64,000 nucleotides of DNA, taken from contig CM000153.2 in NCBI GenBank assembly GCA_000004695.1, forward strand, positions 2,080,001 through 2,144,000, given 5' to 3'. The notes beneath the pieces were generated by a model, which saw only the letters and a list, made by a program, of their open reading frames with translations, was not told the DNA's origin and made no database searches. Numbering within the stretch: the first letter of the stretch is position 1; every line of letters starts with the position of its first letter. Source of the DNA: Dictyostelium discoideum (taxonomy: Eukaryota). This document shows, piece by piece, positions 17,497 to 30,677 of the stretch. Position numbers and translations under genes: made by a program.

Positions 17497-20400
17497 ATGC
17501 ATGATATCGATGTTGCAATTCAAATAAACATGTTATTTCTTCCACCAACCAATGAATTAATAAGAGTTGATAGCAATTCTAAACAACTCAATCAACCACA
17601 ACAGCAACAACAACAACAACAACAACAAATAAATAATGAAAATGAAAATTCAATAAATAACCAAGAAAATAAAGAAAACAATAATAAAGATAATAATAAT
17701 AATAATAATAAAGAAATTAAACAATCATCAGAATGGGGTTCAAAATTTTCTTCATTATTTTCTAATATGACAAAAAAAAAGAAATCAAACTTTGATCTTG
17801 AAATGGATGCAATTAAGGATGCATGTATGTATTAATTAATTATTTTTTTTATTTTTTTATTTTATTTTTATATTATATTAATAATACCCATTCTTTTTTT
17901 TTTTTTTTTTTTTTAAATAAATAAAAAAACAATATAAAGTTTTATTAAATAAACCAATAAATAATGAAGAAGGTCTTTTAATTTATTCATTAGATAAATC
18001 AAAAAAGTATATTCATTCCCTTAGTGAATTAGATATTGGTTATGTTTATTTAACAGAAAAAGAAACTCCAATAATTAGACAAAATGAAGATGAAGTTATC
18101 TTGGCAAATAAAGTTATAATTCAAGCAAATACAATGAAACGTTTTTCAATTGTAATATTATTAATTATTATTAATTTTATTAAAAATTAAATATTAATTT
18201 TTTTTATTTTTATTTTTTATTTTATTATTTAATAGAAAGGTATTTTACAAAGTGATGTTACAACAAATGCATTAGAAATATTTACAAAGAGAAAAATGTC
18301 ACAAGGTGTATTATTTTTAGAAGAGGATGGATCATTATGTAGAATTTTTTATAAGATTCAGGATTTAATAACTGATACGATCTATTGTAATCAAGATGAT
18401 ACGGTTATGTTACAAAAGTTACCAAATAATGAAGGTATTAGATTTAGATTTAGAGGTAGTTTCAATAGAGAACAAGTTCAACAAGCAATGTTAGCATTTT
18501 CACAACCATCTGATCCTCAAACTTGGAAGAGAACTATCATTCTTAGGGAACAACAACATCATTCCTCTCAATCATTCACTGGTGATAGTGTTGCGAGTAG
18601 ATTCCTTAATAAACTATCAAGTAAGACAAAAGAGGATGAAGAAAGTAATGATTTGAAAACAAAGAGAGAAAATACAGTTTTAAAATTAAAAAATCGTATG
18701 AAAATCGATTGGGATTGGAAATATACCTCTACCTCTGTACCAATTGATCAAGAACCACCAACTTTTATTGATAATATGGTAAATCGTGTTCGTGAAAAAA
18801 TTTCTGGTTCAAATAATAAATTATCAGATTTATTATCATCTGCAAAGAAACAACCACAACAACAACCACAAAAGGATGTTACTTCTTCTTCTTCCTCCTC
18901 CTCAAATTCATCAAGTCCATATTTAGATAGTGTTGATAAATTAGTAATTACAACAAATGATAGTAGTTCTTCAAATCCATTACCAGATTTTGATAAACTT
19001 TCATTATCATCAGATGATAAAGTTAATAATAATAATGTACAAATTGAAAATACTACACCATCAGTTCCACCACCTCCACCTGTTGGTGCTCCACCCCCAC
19101 CACCCCCACCTCCACCTCCACCACCACCACCTCCACCATCAACATTAAAATTAAATCGTAATCGTATAAGTACACCAAAGAAACCAAATAATAGTGGTGG
19201 TGGTGGTGGTGGTGGACAATTAACACCATTACAAAAGAAAATGAGACAACTTCATTGGAATGCAATTCCAAGAGAGAAATTAAAAGAAACATTTTGGGAT
19301 AATTTATCACCAGTTAAAGGTAATGATAATGATCAAACTTTAGTTGAATCTTGGTTTTCATTATCACCAATGGCAAAAGAAAAAATGAGTAAAGAAAATT
19401 TAAATAATAGTAATAATAATAATAATAACAATAGTAATAATAATGGTGAGGAACAATCACTTTCTGATAGTGGTAATACAATAGTAATTTCAAAAATTAT
19501 AATTTTAGATTTAAGAAGATCAAATAATATTTGTATTTTATTATCACAATTTAAATTATCATATGGTGCAATTAAAGAGGCAATTTTATGTTTTGAAGAT
19601 GGTAAATTATCAGTTGAACAATTGATTGCATTGGATGCAATGTTACCAATCTCTGAAGAGGAATATCAATCACTTTCAAGTGCAAACTATCAATCGATTG
19701 AACAACTCGGAAATGCAGAGAGATTCCTCATTGAGATGATGTCCATTCAACACTTACAACAAAGAGTTCAAACTTATCTTTTCAAATTAGAGGTTTGCTC
19801 ATTACTCGATTCAATTGAAATCAATAATAATCAATTATCAAAAGCAATTGAACAGTTGAGAAATAGTCGTAAATTCATTAAAGTTTTAAAAGTTATTTTC
19901 CATATTGGTAGTATTTTAAATCGTGGTACTTATTTAAATTCAACAAAAGGTTTCAAATTGGATTCTCTCTCGAAATTGTCTGAAACTAAATCAAAAGATC
20001 AAAAACATACCGTTGTTGATTTCATTGAAATTTACATTCGTGAGAATCAACCTGAACTTTTAAATTTCTATTCCGAATTGGATTTATTAGATAAAATACC
20101 TCAATCATCATTAGAGAATATTTTAGAGGAATCAAATGAAATTGAAAATAAATTTAAACAAGTTGATCAAGAAATTCAATATCATCAACAACTTTTAACA
20201 AATGATAATAATAATACTTTATCATCATCATCATCATCATCATATGATCAATCTAAAGATACTTATCTTAAAGTTATGTCACCATTTTATGATACTTTTA
20301 ATACTCGTTTCATTACTATTAAACAATCAACTCAACAAACTCTTAAACAATTCCAAGAATGTTGTATTTACTTTGGTGAAGATCCCCAAAATATCACCTC

Positions 20401-20503
20401 AAAAGATTTCTTTTCAAATATTGTTAAATTTTCTATCGCTTTTAAAAGTAGTAGTAATAATGCCAAAAAATCTTTAAATTTATCAACTTTAAATTCTAAA
20501 TAA
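17497..20503 (+). CDS. forI: Formin with FH1 and FH2 domains and no GBD/FH3. Exons: 17497..17824, 17940..18151 and 18236..20503. Predicted length 935 aa.
   Basis: The FH1 poly-proline is PPPPVGAPPPPPPPPPPPPPPPPS. FH2 begins KKMRQLHWNAIPREKLKETFWDNL. Donors sit at 17825 (t|GTATGT, phase 1) and 18152 (GTAATA, phase 0). Acceptors sit at 17939 and 18235 (AATAG|). The spliced N-terminus is MHDIDV...FLLNKPINNEEGLLIYSLDKSKKYIHSLSELDIGYVYLTEKETPIIRQNEDEVILANKVIIQANTMKRFSIKGILQSDVTTNALEIFTKRKMSQGVLFLEEDGSLCRIFYKIQDL... and carries no armadillo-like GBD. The symbol is suggested only by the total length and the missing GBD/FH3. Confidence 0.7.
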
Positions 20504-20598
20504 TAATAATAATAGAAAAAAAAAAAAAATAATAATAAATATATAATTGAAAATCTTCATTGATTTCCAATGATTTAATAAATCTATAGTTTAAAATT

Positions 20599-20632
20599 TT
20601 ATTGTTTGTTTTCTTCATTAATTTTATTATTA

Positions 20633-20670
<38 letters not shown>

Positions 20671-21369
20671 GTTGTCATCATTATTATTATTATTATTTTT
20701 CATTTCACTGATTACTTTTGAATATTCCTCTTCAGAGAATTTTGTTGGTTTTGTAAAGAGTTTTTCAAAATCAAAATTATTTATATTTATAGTTTCATTT
20801 TCTTTATTGTTGTTGATTGTACTAAAAAGTGAATCTAAATCTTCAATTGAAACAGATGATTTATTTTGGTTTTTCATTTTTTGTTCTTGTTTTGTTTGTG
20901 CTTCTTCTAAAAACATTTTAATTGGATTGACTCCACTATCGTTGCCATTATTATTATTCTTATTATTATTATTATTATTATTATTATTGAATGTATCAAT
21001 TTCAATATCTTTAAGGTGTTTCTTTTTTATATAACCATCTTCATCGATAACAACTGAATTTAATAATGTTTCAACAGCTTTCATTTGGTTTATTCTATTG
21101 GCTTTTCTTCTTTGAATTAAGTAATCTAATTCAAGCTTTCTATCAATCATTTTAGCTTGTGCATAATTAAAATCTAATAAATAATTATACCTTTCCAACG
21201 AGACCAATGTTTGTCTTTTAAATTCATCACTTCTTTCTCTAAATTGTCTATCTTGTTCTTTCATAACTTCACTAACCGAAAATGATTTAAAGAAATTGTT
21301 TTTAAAAAATTTTAAAAATCCAATTTGATGTTTTAAAAATGTTTGGAAATTTTTTTGTAAACCTGTCAT
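20599..21369 (-). CDS. Hypothetical protein, 256 aa, with an Asn-rich low-complexity C-terminal half. Single exon.
   Basis: An uninterrupted minus-strand ORF opens MTGLQKNFQTFLKHQIGFLKFFKNNFFKSF. The first 110 aa are non-repetitive (RQTLVSLERYNYLLDFNYAQAKMIDRKLELDYLIQRRKANRINQMKAVETLL). It shares a 1.4-kb divergent intergenic region with the next gene. I recognise no family. Confidence 0.4.
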
Positions 21370-22384
21370 TTTATTATTTATTGCTAATATTTATTTATTT
21401 TATTTTATTTTATTTTATTTTTTTTGTTTAACTGCGTATTTTGAAATAAAAAATTGATAAGAAAAACAAAATTGAAAAAAAAAAGTTAAAAAAAGTTGAA
21501 AAAAAAAAAAATTTGACAAAAAAAAAAAAAAAAAATAGATATTACTGTCAATAAAACAAATGGTAATCATAAGCAAAGATTAAAAATATGTGATTGTTGT
21601 AACTATCTTAAACCTCAGTTATAATATAAAGAAAAATCATATCAATGGTTTTCTCAATTTACATTTTTTTATTTTTTTTTTATTTTTTTTATAATAAAAA
21701 AATTTGACAAAAAAAAAAAAAAAAAAAAATCTGGTGCTTGTGTTAAAAATAAAAAAAAAAAAATTAAAAATAAAATAAAAAAAAATAGAAACATACAATT
21801 CTTATGATTTTAAAAAAAAAGATGTTATTTTTATATCATAAACGATTTTTTTTTTTTTATCTTTGATGTGGTTATATTGGCACATAAACAAAAATACCAC
21901 CTGTGAACTTTAAAAAATAAAATAAAAATGAAATAGAAATTTTTTTTTTTTAACCCTTTTTGCTATAATCTCACAGGATTGAATGCGATTATTGAGTTTG
22001 AATTTGTGTTTTTGTGATTACATTGCACAAGCTGTTTATTTATTTTTTTATTTTTCTTTTTAAAAAAAAAAAAATATTAATATTTTATTTTATTTTATTT
22101 TATTTTCTATTTGTGTTATCACCAATATGAAACACCCCAATTTTTTTTTTTTTTTTTCAAATTAAAAAGAACCACACATTCATCACCATTACCACAAATT
22201 TCCAGATTTCAATGATTCTTTTAAATAGTTTTTTTTTTTTTTTTGTAAAATAATCAATGCTCACTAAAAACATATTTAAAAAAGATATTTTCAGGAAAAA
22301 AAAAAAAAAAAATAATGAAATTAACAAAAAAAAAAGGTTTAATAATTATTTTCAGCATCTAAAAATTAAAAATAACTTTTTTTT

Positions 22385-22421
<37 letters not shown>

Positions 22422-22552
22422 GAAGGGATTTTATTTGTATTTTTAAAACTATAAGAAACCAATCACAAAAAAACCTTATCAGGGGGTAAGAAAAAATTCC
22501 AAATAATATATTATTTTTTATTTTATTTTTTATTTATTTTTTTAATTTTAAA

Positions 22553-22608
<56 letters not shown>

Positions 22609-22759
22609 GGAAAAAAAGGTATTTTATGATTTAGTTAAAAAAAAAAAAAAAAAAAAAAATTAAAATCAAACTAACAAAAATAAATAAAATAATAATAGAA
22701 GAAATTAAATAAAAAAAAAAAATAATAAAAAAAATAAAAAAAAATAATAAAAATAGTAA

Positions 22760-23650
22760 AATGATTTCCTCATCACCAACATCAACATGCACATATGTAA
22801 ACGAAAAGGGTATGAAATTAAATTTATTTTACAATTTAAATTTCAATTATTTTTAAAATCAATTATTTTAACGCTCTTAAATTTAGAAAATACAATATTA
22901 TCATTATATAATTCAGATAAAAAACAAGAGAATGAGCTTTTTCAAAATCCAATTACATCTCCTTTTAAAGTTTATTTAAATAATAAAGGTTTATTTGGAA
23001 CTGGAAATTCAATTTGTATTGGATCTAACTTTTATATAATTTCTGCTGCTGGACAACAAGTTTTATTAAATAATAGTTTAAATAAAAATATTGATTCCAA
23101 TATAAATTTAAATGATCATTTAAAAATAAATAATAATACAAAGAGTATAAATAGTAATAAAATTAATAAAATTAATGATAATGATAATAATAATAATACA
23201 AACAATGATAATTTTGAAGGATTAAATAATTTAAATAAGGAAATGTTAATATCAGTTGGATCATCTTGCGAACAAATTAAAGTTTTAAAATTATTTGTAA
23301 TTGAATCAGTAAATATTGCAGTTTCCTACTCAATACATAATGTACCATTTGTTACAAACTTTATAAACGAAATTGGAAAAGTTAGAATCAAACAAATTGA
23401 AAGTACTTCCTATTTATATAAAGAAGGTGAAAAAATTAGAAAGAATGGCGTTGGTACCGGTTTCACTCAAGGTATAATCATTAAAAATTTATCACATCTC
23501 TTCATTTCTAAACCAGATTTTGCAAATAATGGTGATTGTGGTTCTTTAGTTGTAAATGATGACGGTTTTGTTTTAGGTGTAATTTTATCAACAAATCAAA
23601 ACCATACAATAATAGCAAAGTTAGAATTATTCAGCTTTTTATTTAAATAA
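22760..23650 (+). CDS. Hypothetical protein with a possible chymotrypsin-like fold and a GDCGS motif. Exons: 22760..~22808 and ~22878..23650 (coordinates +/-1).
   Basis: An ATG (MISSSPTSTCTYVNEKG) sits 26 nt upstream of the ORF-track start and out of frame with it. A typical 78-nt AT-rich intron (GTATGA...TTTAG) restores the frame and removes the implausible KGYEIKFILQFKFQLFLKSIILTLLNL segment. The C-terminal region NGVGTGFTQGIIIKNLSHLFISKPDFANNGDCGSLVVNDDGFVLGVILS resembles the nucleophile region of trypsin-like proteases (GDSGGP...G.VS), with Cys in place of Ser. Confidence 0.35.
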   Translation, partial: NDFLITNINMHICKRKGYEIKFILQFKFQLFLKSIILTLLNLENTILSLYNSDKKQENELFQNPITSPFKVYLNNKGLFGTGNSICIGSNFYIISAAGQQVLLNNSLNKNIDSNINLNDHLKINNNTKSINSNKINKINDNDNNNNTNNDNFEGLNNLNKEMLISVGSSCEQIKVLKLFVIESVNIAVSYSIHNVPFVTNFINEIGKVRIKQIESTSYLYKEGEKIRKNGVGTGFTQGIIIKNLSHLFISKPDFANNGDCGSLVVNDDGFVLGVILSTNQNHTIIAKLELFSFLFK

Positions 23651-23670
23651 ATTTATTTCAAAAAATATTA

Positions 23671-23724
23671 GAAATGGAAATGGAAATGGAAATGGAAATG
23701 GAAATGGAAATGGAAATGGAAATG
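23671..23724. repeat. (GGAAAT)9 hexanucleotide microsatellite in an intergenic region.
   Basis: The repeat reads gaaatggaaatggaaatgg... and is followed directly by an A40 tract. Confidence 0.85.
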
Positions 23725-23762
<38 letters not shown>

Positions 23763-23968
23763 AATAAATAAATAAAAATAAAGTGTAAATAATATTATTT
23801 TAAATTTATTATTGTATTTATTATTATATTTATAATAATAATAATAATAATAATAGTAATAAATAATGATAATAATACTACAACTACTGCTATTACTATA
23901 TAATATTTTATACTCTCGCCATTTTTTTAATATTTATTTTTAATAATTAATTATTTTAAGTTTTGGTT

Positions 23969-25585
23969 TTAACATTTCCAAATTTTTATACATTTATCAG
24001 TACTACCTGAGAAAAGAAATTCTTTTGAAGATGTTAAACATGAGATTGAAGATTCATGACCTAATAATAGTGAATTTGAAGAGAGAAGAGGATCCCAACC
24101 TTTTATATTTGAGTCCTTTCCACCAGAGAATATCATTCCATTATGAATACATAAACAATTTACCCAATCATTATGTGCATTGTTTAAAAGTCTATTTTGT
24201 TGATATTGATTAAGTAATGAAAATGTACTATTATCCAATGAAGATGAAAGTGATGATGTAGTACTACTTGGAGCAGATGATGATTTGTTATTATTACTAC
24301 TATTATTATTATTGTTATTATTATTGATAATGTTATTATTATTATTTATAATTAAATTACTATTTGAAGGAGTATTTGATAAAATTGGTACAGTTTGCTG
24401 AGCCAATTGTGTTGTTATTAAATTATTACTATTATTTTCACCATTATTATTAATTAAATTATTAATTGAAGAAACATCCCATCTTTTTATAGTTCTATCT
24501 CTTGAACCACTATAGATAACATCATCCAAGACAGCTATTGAAGTTACACCATCATGATGAGGTGGTTGTAATTTTTGAGCTAAAACAAAACTATCACGAT
24601 GGAATAAATTGATGGTATGATCTCTACTACCGGTCACTAGATATTTGGAAGTTACAGACATTGAAAAGATGGTACCAGTATGATGAGGAGTGGTGGTTAA
24701 TGGTGTTTTCAAAGGTTTTTGCATGTGTCTAATATCCCAAACTTTAAAAGTACCATTTTCAAGGCCACTTACAACATAATTGCCATATGTAACCAAACAA
24801 TTTACATCACTTGGTGTTTTGAATATACAAAGATTGGTATTACCAGGTGAACGAATATCCCAAACTTTAACGGTTCTTTCAGCGCCACCACTAAACATAC
24901 AACCACTTGAACCATTGATACATAATGATCTAACGGGTCCAGGACTACTTAAATCCAACATATTATCACCAGTATGTAAATCCCATAGTTTAATGTTTTT
25001 ATCAGATCCACCACTATACAATGTTGATGGATTTTGTTCATCCAATACCAATGTCAATAAACCACCATCATGACCATTGAATGTCCAATTACAACGCATA
25101 AAATTCTCATCTTCTCTATTCATATTTCTCTTTATTGCCATTAAATAATCATCTGTATTCAATTTATCTCTATATTTCTTTAATCTTGAATCTGGTCTTG
25201 GTTGTGATGCTAGTCTTGTAAAAACATCATTATTATTACTATTATTATTATTATTACCGTTATTTGCTAATGCAGTTGCTAAACCACTTTCTAATGATAA
25301 TGAAAGTGGTGATGATTGAAGTGATGTAGTTTTTCTGTGTGGACGTGTTGGTGAACTTGGTGGTTTTTTAATAGTAATATTATTATTACTATTTATATTT
25401 ATAACACTAAAACCATTATTTGATGAATCATTACCAAGAATATCAACATCTAATAAATCTTTATCAAAAACTGAATGATCTAATTTATCATCAGATATTA
25501 AAAGTAAAGGTGAAGAATTATTATTATTATTATTATTATTGGTATTGTTTAATGGAGCAAATGATTTTGGAACTTGTTGTTTATT

Positions 25586-25619
<34 letters not shown>

Positions 25620-28600
25620 GTTGCTGCTGCAGATGTTAAGAATGATGATGCTGATAATGGTTGTGGTGTTGGTGGATTAAAATAATTAATACCACTCATT
25701 GGAGGGTAACCATTCAATAGTTTATTTTTTTCTCTCTTTTCTTTATCTAATTTAATTTCATCTAATAATTGGTCCAACTTCATACCCAAGCTACTTGTGC
25801 TTGGTGAAGTATACTCTTCTGCTAATTCTTGACTTGATGATAATTGTTGTTGTGATGGTAGTATTGGTTGTGATTTTGCTATATTTACATTATTATTATT
25901 ATTATTAATATTATTTTTATTATTACTTTCACTTATTGCCAATTTAATACCCTCTAATAAATCTGATGTACTACTTCTTTGTTCTAATACTTGTTCAGAA
26001 TTTGATTGTTTTTGTTGTTTTTCTTGTTGTTGTTGTTGTGATTGAAGTGGTTGTGGTGGTTGAATATAAAAATGTTGTGATTTTTGATGTTGTTGTTGAG
26101 ATTGTAAAGTTGGTGGTGTTGGAACATTAATAAATTTAATTTGTTGATTCTTTCTATTGATTTCAGCATATTCTATACAAAGTTCAATTGAAGATTGAAT
26201 TAATTTTGGTAATTTATCGAAACTAGTATTTGATACCATTCTAAGTATTTCAGGTGAATCTAAACAATCGTTTGAAATGATTGTTAAATCTTTTTGACTC
26301 TTTAATATTTTTTCATTTTGTAATTTAATATTTGTTTCCAAGAATTGTGATTGTTCATTGTATTCTGATTTCGAGAGTTTTGATGGTACACTTGTGAATG
26401 CTTTCTTTAAATCATTAGCTTGTCTTACAAAGATTTCTTTATTCTTAAATTCCCTTTGTAAAAGTTCTGTCAATTCATTCTTTTCTAAATTCTTTTGAAT
26501 TTGATGAATTAACCATTCTCTCCAATATGGTACATTTATTGATTTTCTATGTAATAATTTTCTATTTAATTGTTCTGTTGTTGGTGTAGATGTAGATGTA
26601 GAAGTGGTTGTATTATTTGTTGCTGATGTTGAAGTAGTGCTAGTATTAGTAGATGATGACGATGATGATGATGATGATGAATTTGCAGAAGATGCAGAAG
26701 ATGCAGTTGAACCATTTGATGACTTTACACTACCACTACTATTATTATTATTATTATTTGATGGTATAGATTTACTATTAATTGGTTGAATTACTCTTTG
26801 TTTATGAACTTCTATTTCTTTTAATTTCTTTTTATAAGATTCAGATTCATCAGTTTTCTTTTGTAATAATAGATCTTTCTTTTTAGATTGATTTTTAAGT
26901 TGATCAATGATTACTTCAGTTTTTCTAGCTTCACGTTTAAGTGCATCCAATTCTTTAGCTTGAGTTTGTTTTGCATCATCTCGTTTCTTTAATTCATCTC
27001 TCATCTTTTTCAAAAGATCAGATTTTTGTCTCTTTGTATCTTTAATGTCTTGTTGAAGTGAATCGATTTTCTCTTCACTCTTTCTCTTTAAATCCAATAA
27101 ACGTTGATAATCTTTTTTATTTGAACCTGCATGTTGATCCAATTGTTGTTTTAATTCATTCAATTTCTTTTCATAATGTTGAGTTAATCTTAATTTCTCA
27201 TCTTCATAGTATTGATCTTTATCTTTATTATCTTTATCTTTATCCTTATCCTTATCCAATTCTTTTAAGGCTTGATCTTTTTCAACTGTTACTTCTTCCA
27301 ATTGTGATTGTAATTCCTTAACTTTTTGATCAAATTGTTCTTTCATTTGTTGATATTGTTGTTTAGTTTTACTTATTAATTCTAATTCCTCTTCTTTTTC
27401 TGAAATATATTGATTTAAATCTGATAGTTCTTCACTATCATTTTCAAATAATTCAATACCTTCACTTGAATTATTATTATTATTATTATTATTATTGATT
27501 GATTCAAGTTTACCACCTGGTAATAAATTATCTTCAGCCATTGGTAATAATGAATTTGAATTTATAATAACATTTGATGATGAAATTTGAGTTGAAACAG
27601 CTGCCATCATTGGTGTAATTGGCGAAATGGTTGGTTGATTCAATACTGAATTAAATTGTTCGAATAATTCATTAAAATAAGTTTGATCCTTATTTGGTGA
27701 GAAATTATTTATAAAATTTTGTGAAATCTCCTCCAATTGTCTACTTCTATTGGCTAATGCTTTATATTTACTTGTTATCTTATTTGAAATATCTTGAAGC
27801 ATATTATTCTCAAATTCCAATTGTGATACTTTCATACCTAAATCAAATATCTCCTTTTCTTTCTCTTTACTTAAATTTGTAACTATTACTGATGTTGGTG
27901 ATGGTGTTGCTGTATTATTAGTAATTGATGGTGTTGTTGTCAATGATGATGATGATGATGACGACGATGATGACGATGATGATGATGAAATATTTCTAGA
28001 ATTATTCATTTTCACAATTGAAGATTTACTACTATTTGTTGGTGGTAATGAAGAAGATGATGGTGTTCTACTAAATCCACTATTATTTCCACCAACATTT
28101 AATTTATTATTATTACTATTATTATTATTATTACTACTACTATTATTATTATTATTATTTGTTAAAGTTGGTGTTGATAAAGGTGGAGCAGGTGGTATTG
28201 AAACCGTTGGTATTGAAGCTAAAATTGAATTTATATCGCCAATATCCCTACATGTACACTTTTCTAATAATTCTTTTAATGTTTGAATTTGTGTTTTATA
28301 TGTAAGAATTTGTTGTGTAACTGGATCTATATTTACAACTGGTTTATTCATAATATTTCTAGCTCTATATGCATATTTTAATGTCTAAATAAATAAAAAA
28401 AGATTGGTTAATACACACCTAATTGTATATAAATAATATTTGCTGTTTGGTTTATTTACATTTAAAGTTTCTTCAAAATTTGAATCGGCAGGACTAACAC
28501 ATGCAATCATTAAAGTTTTTGAGTTACCACCTAATGATGATTGGAGCATACGTGTTAATTTTGAATCTCTATATGGGATATGTTTTGGTTTAGTTGTTGC

Positions 28601-29407
28601 TCTTCTAGTATCACCTAATGCACTAATAACATTACCCAATGCTAATAAACCACCATTGATATTGATACCCTCTTTTAAACGTTGTCCTTCAGCTTTTGTT
28701 TTCTTTACTCTTTCACTACCTGCTAAATCTACAAAATGAAACATTGATCTAATCGATGGGTTTCTTTCATCCATTGACATTATATCATCATCCTCATCTT
28801 CCTCGTCATCCTCTTCATCTTCATCAATCATAATTGATGAATCGTCATCTTTATTAGGTGATAAAGAATCTGGTGACGATGATTTCTTTTTCTTTTTACC
28901 TTTTGATTGCTTTTTATCATCAGAAGAGGATGATGTCGATGTTGATGATGTTGATGATGATGTAACAGGTGAATTTATCGGAGTTTGTTCAACAATTATT
29001 GAAAATATTGCATGTGATCTACTTGAATGACTATTCATTAAAGTTGAACCAGTAGTTCTAGATTGTGAACCTCTAATTAATGCCTCCTCCATTTGTTGTC
29101 TTGATCTAACGATTTGTTCAACTAATCCTGGTATATAAACTTCACCATTTGATTTCTCACGAATTGGTAAACCACCTGCTGTTGGATAAGGATTTAACAT
29201 ATCTCTAATCTCTTCATTATATAACTCTAAAAATGATACTTTTAATACTAATTGATGCGTATCCTTTTTTCTATCTATCTTATCATATATAAAATCAATA
29301 ACCCTGGGAATTACTCCCAACTCTTCTGTTGGTATACCAATTGTACTTGTTGTACCCATTGTAAATGTTTTACCTATTTTTTTTAAAAAAATATATATAT
29401 TTATTAA

Positions 29408-29471
<64 letters not shown>

Positions 29472-29805
29472 GTTATTGTTATTACTACTCTATAATTAAA
29501 TTAAATTATTTACCTGAACCTGTTTGACCATATGCTAAAATGGTTGAGTTATAACCTTCAAAAAGGCAATCAACTAAATTTGCAACACAATCATCAAAAA
29601 TCTCTTGTTGTCTTGATTTACCATTGAAAACATAATCAAAAGTGAATGTTTGATTATTATCACCCATAATAACTTGTGGTTCTCCATCAACATATTTTAC
29701 AACTTCCATTGACCTTTCTGCTTCTTCTTTCTTTGATAAGGGTCTAACTCTTAATGCAACCCTTACACAATTATTATCATCGGTATTTAATATTGGTGAT
29801 GACAT
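23969..29805 (-). CDS. kif8: Kinesin-4 family motor (KIF21-like) with an N-terminal motor domain, a long coiled coil and C-terminal WD40 repeats. Exons on the minus strand: 29805..29514, 29373..28460 and 28384..23969. Predicted length 1873 aa.
   Basis: Exon 1 encodes [16 protein letters not shown]...ILAYGQTGS and ends g|GTAAAT. Exon 2 supplies GKTFTMG and so completes the P-loop GQTGSGKTFTMG. It continues through SSRSH, VDLAGSE and [41 protein letters not shown] and ends at a GTAAAT donor. Exon 3 continues [18 protein letters not shown] (the kinesin neck motif), then a Lys/Glu-rich coiled coil, then WD40 repeats ([43 protein letters not shown]). The symbol is proposed from the WD40 kinesin-4 architecture and the length. 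Confidence 0.8.
29404..29472. repeat. (ATT)n microsatellite inside intron 1 of the kinesin gene.
   Basis: tattattattatt... lies between the exon 2 acceptor at 29374 and the exon 1 donor at 29513. Confidence 0.85.
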
Positions 29806-30677
29806 TTTTTATTTTTATTTTTTATTATTAAATAGTTGATTTGTTTTTTATTGATATATATATATTCTCTCTCTCTCTCTCTGTGTGTGTGTGTTTTTTT
29901 TTTTTATTATTACTATTTGATGATATTATTTATATATTTTTATTTATATAAATTCGTTTTTTTATTTATTTTATTTTATTTTATTTTATGTAGTGCACAA
30001 TTTGTATTTATTTAAAAAAAAAAATATTTTTTTTTTTTTATTATTAATACTGTCTTCTTTATTTTGATTGATTGTATGTGTTACTGTTATTTTTTTAATT
30101 TTATAATGTCATCTTTATTGTTATTTTTTTAAAAAATTATAATTTATTATTATTATTTTTATATCTTTTTTTTTTTTTTGAAGTGTAACACTATTGAAGT
30201 AAAAAAAAAACAAAAAAAATTTTGAAATATAGATAGAATGTATGTGTGTGAAAGGGGGTGAGTGTGTGTTTTATATAACTATCCTTTTTTAATTATAAAT
30301 CCAAAAAAAAAAAAAAAAAATTAAAAAAACAAAAAAAAAAAAAAAAATTAAAATTAAAAATGCAATGCGCAGAGAATTGTGTGAATATAATTAATTTAGT
30401 AATATTAAAAAAAAAAATAAAATAAAAAAGCAAAAAAAAAACAAAAAATGGTTATGATTACACAAAAACGTTTGATTTTTTGTTTTTTTTTTTTTTTTTT
30501 TTTTTTTTTTTGTGAAAAATGATTAACGATATGATATTTTTGAAACCAAAATAAATATAAAAAAAAAAAAAAAAAAAAAAAATGGAAAAAAAAATCAAAA
30601 TTATCATGGGATAAAAAAACTTTTTTTTTGGTTCAGAAATATTGAAAAAAATCAAATAAAAAAAAAAACAAAAAAAT

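Noticed and set aside
20606-21034. Plus-strand ORF 20606..21034 (poly-L and poly-S), opposite the gene at 20599..21369.
   Set aside because: It is the antisense reading of the (AAT)n-encoded poly-Asn tracts of the minus-strand gene.
22787-22880. The ORF-track N-terminus MHICKRKGYEIKFILQFKFQLFLKSIILTLLNL of ORF 22787..23650.
   Set aside because: It is a translation of a typical 78-nt AT-rich intron (GTATGA...TTTAG). The upstream out-of-frame ATG at 22760, together with splicing, gives a cleaner model.
23671-23724. Regularly spaced GGAAAT repeat, considered as a CRISPR-like array.
   Set aside because: The repeat has a 6-nt period and no spacers. This is a eukaryotic AT-rich genome, so it is a simple microsatellite.
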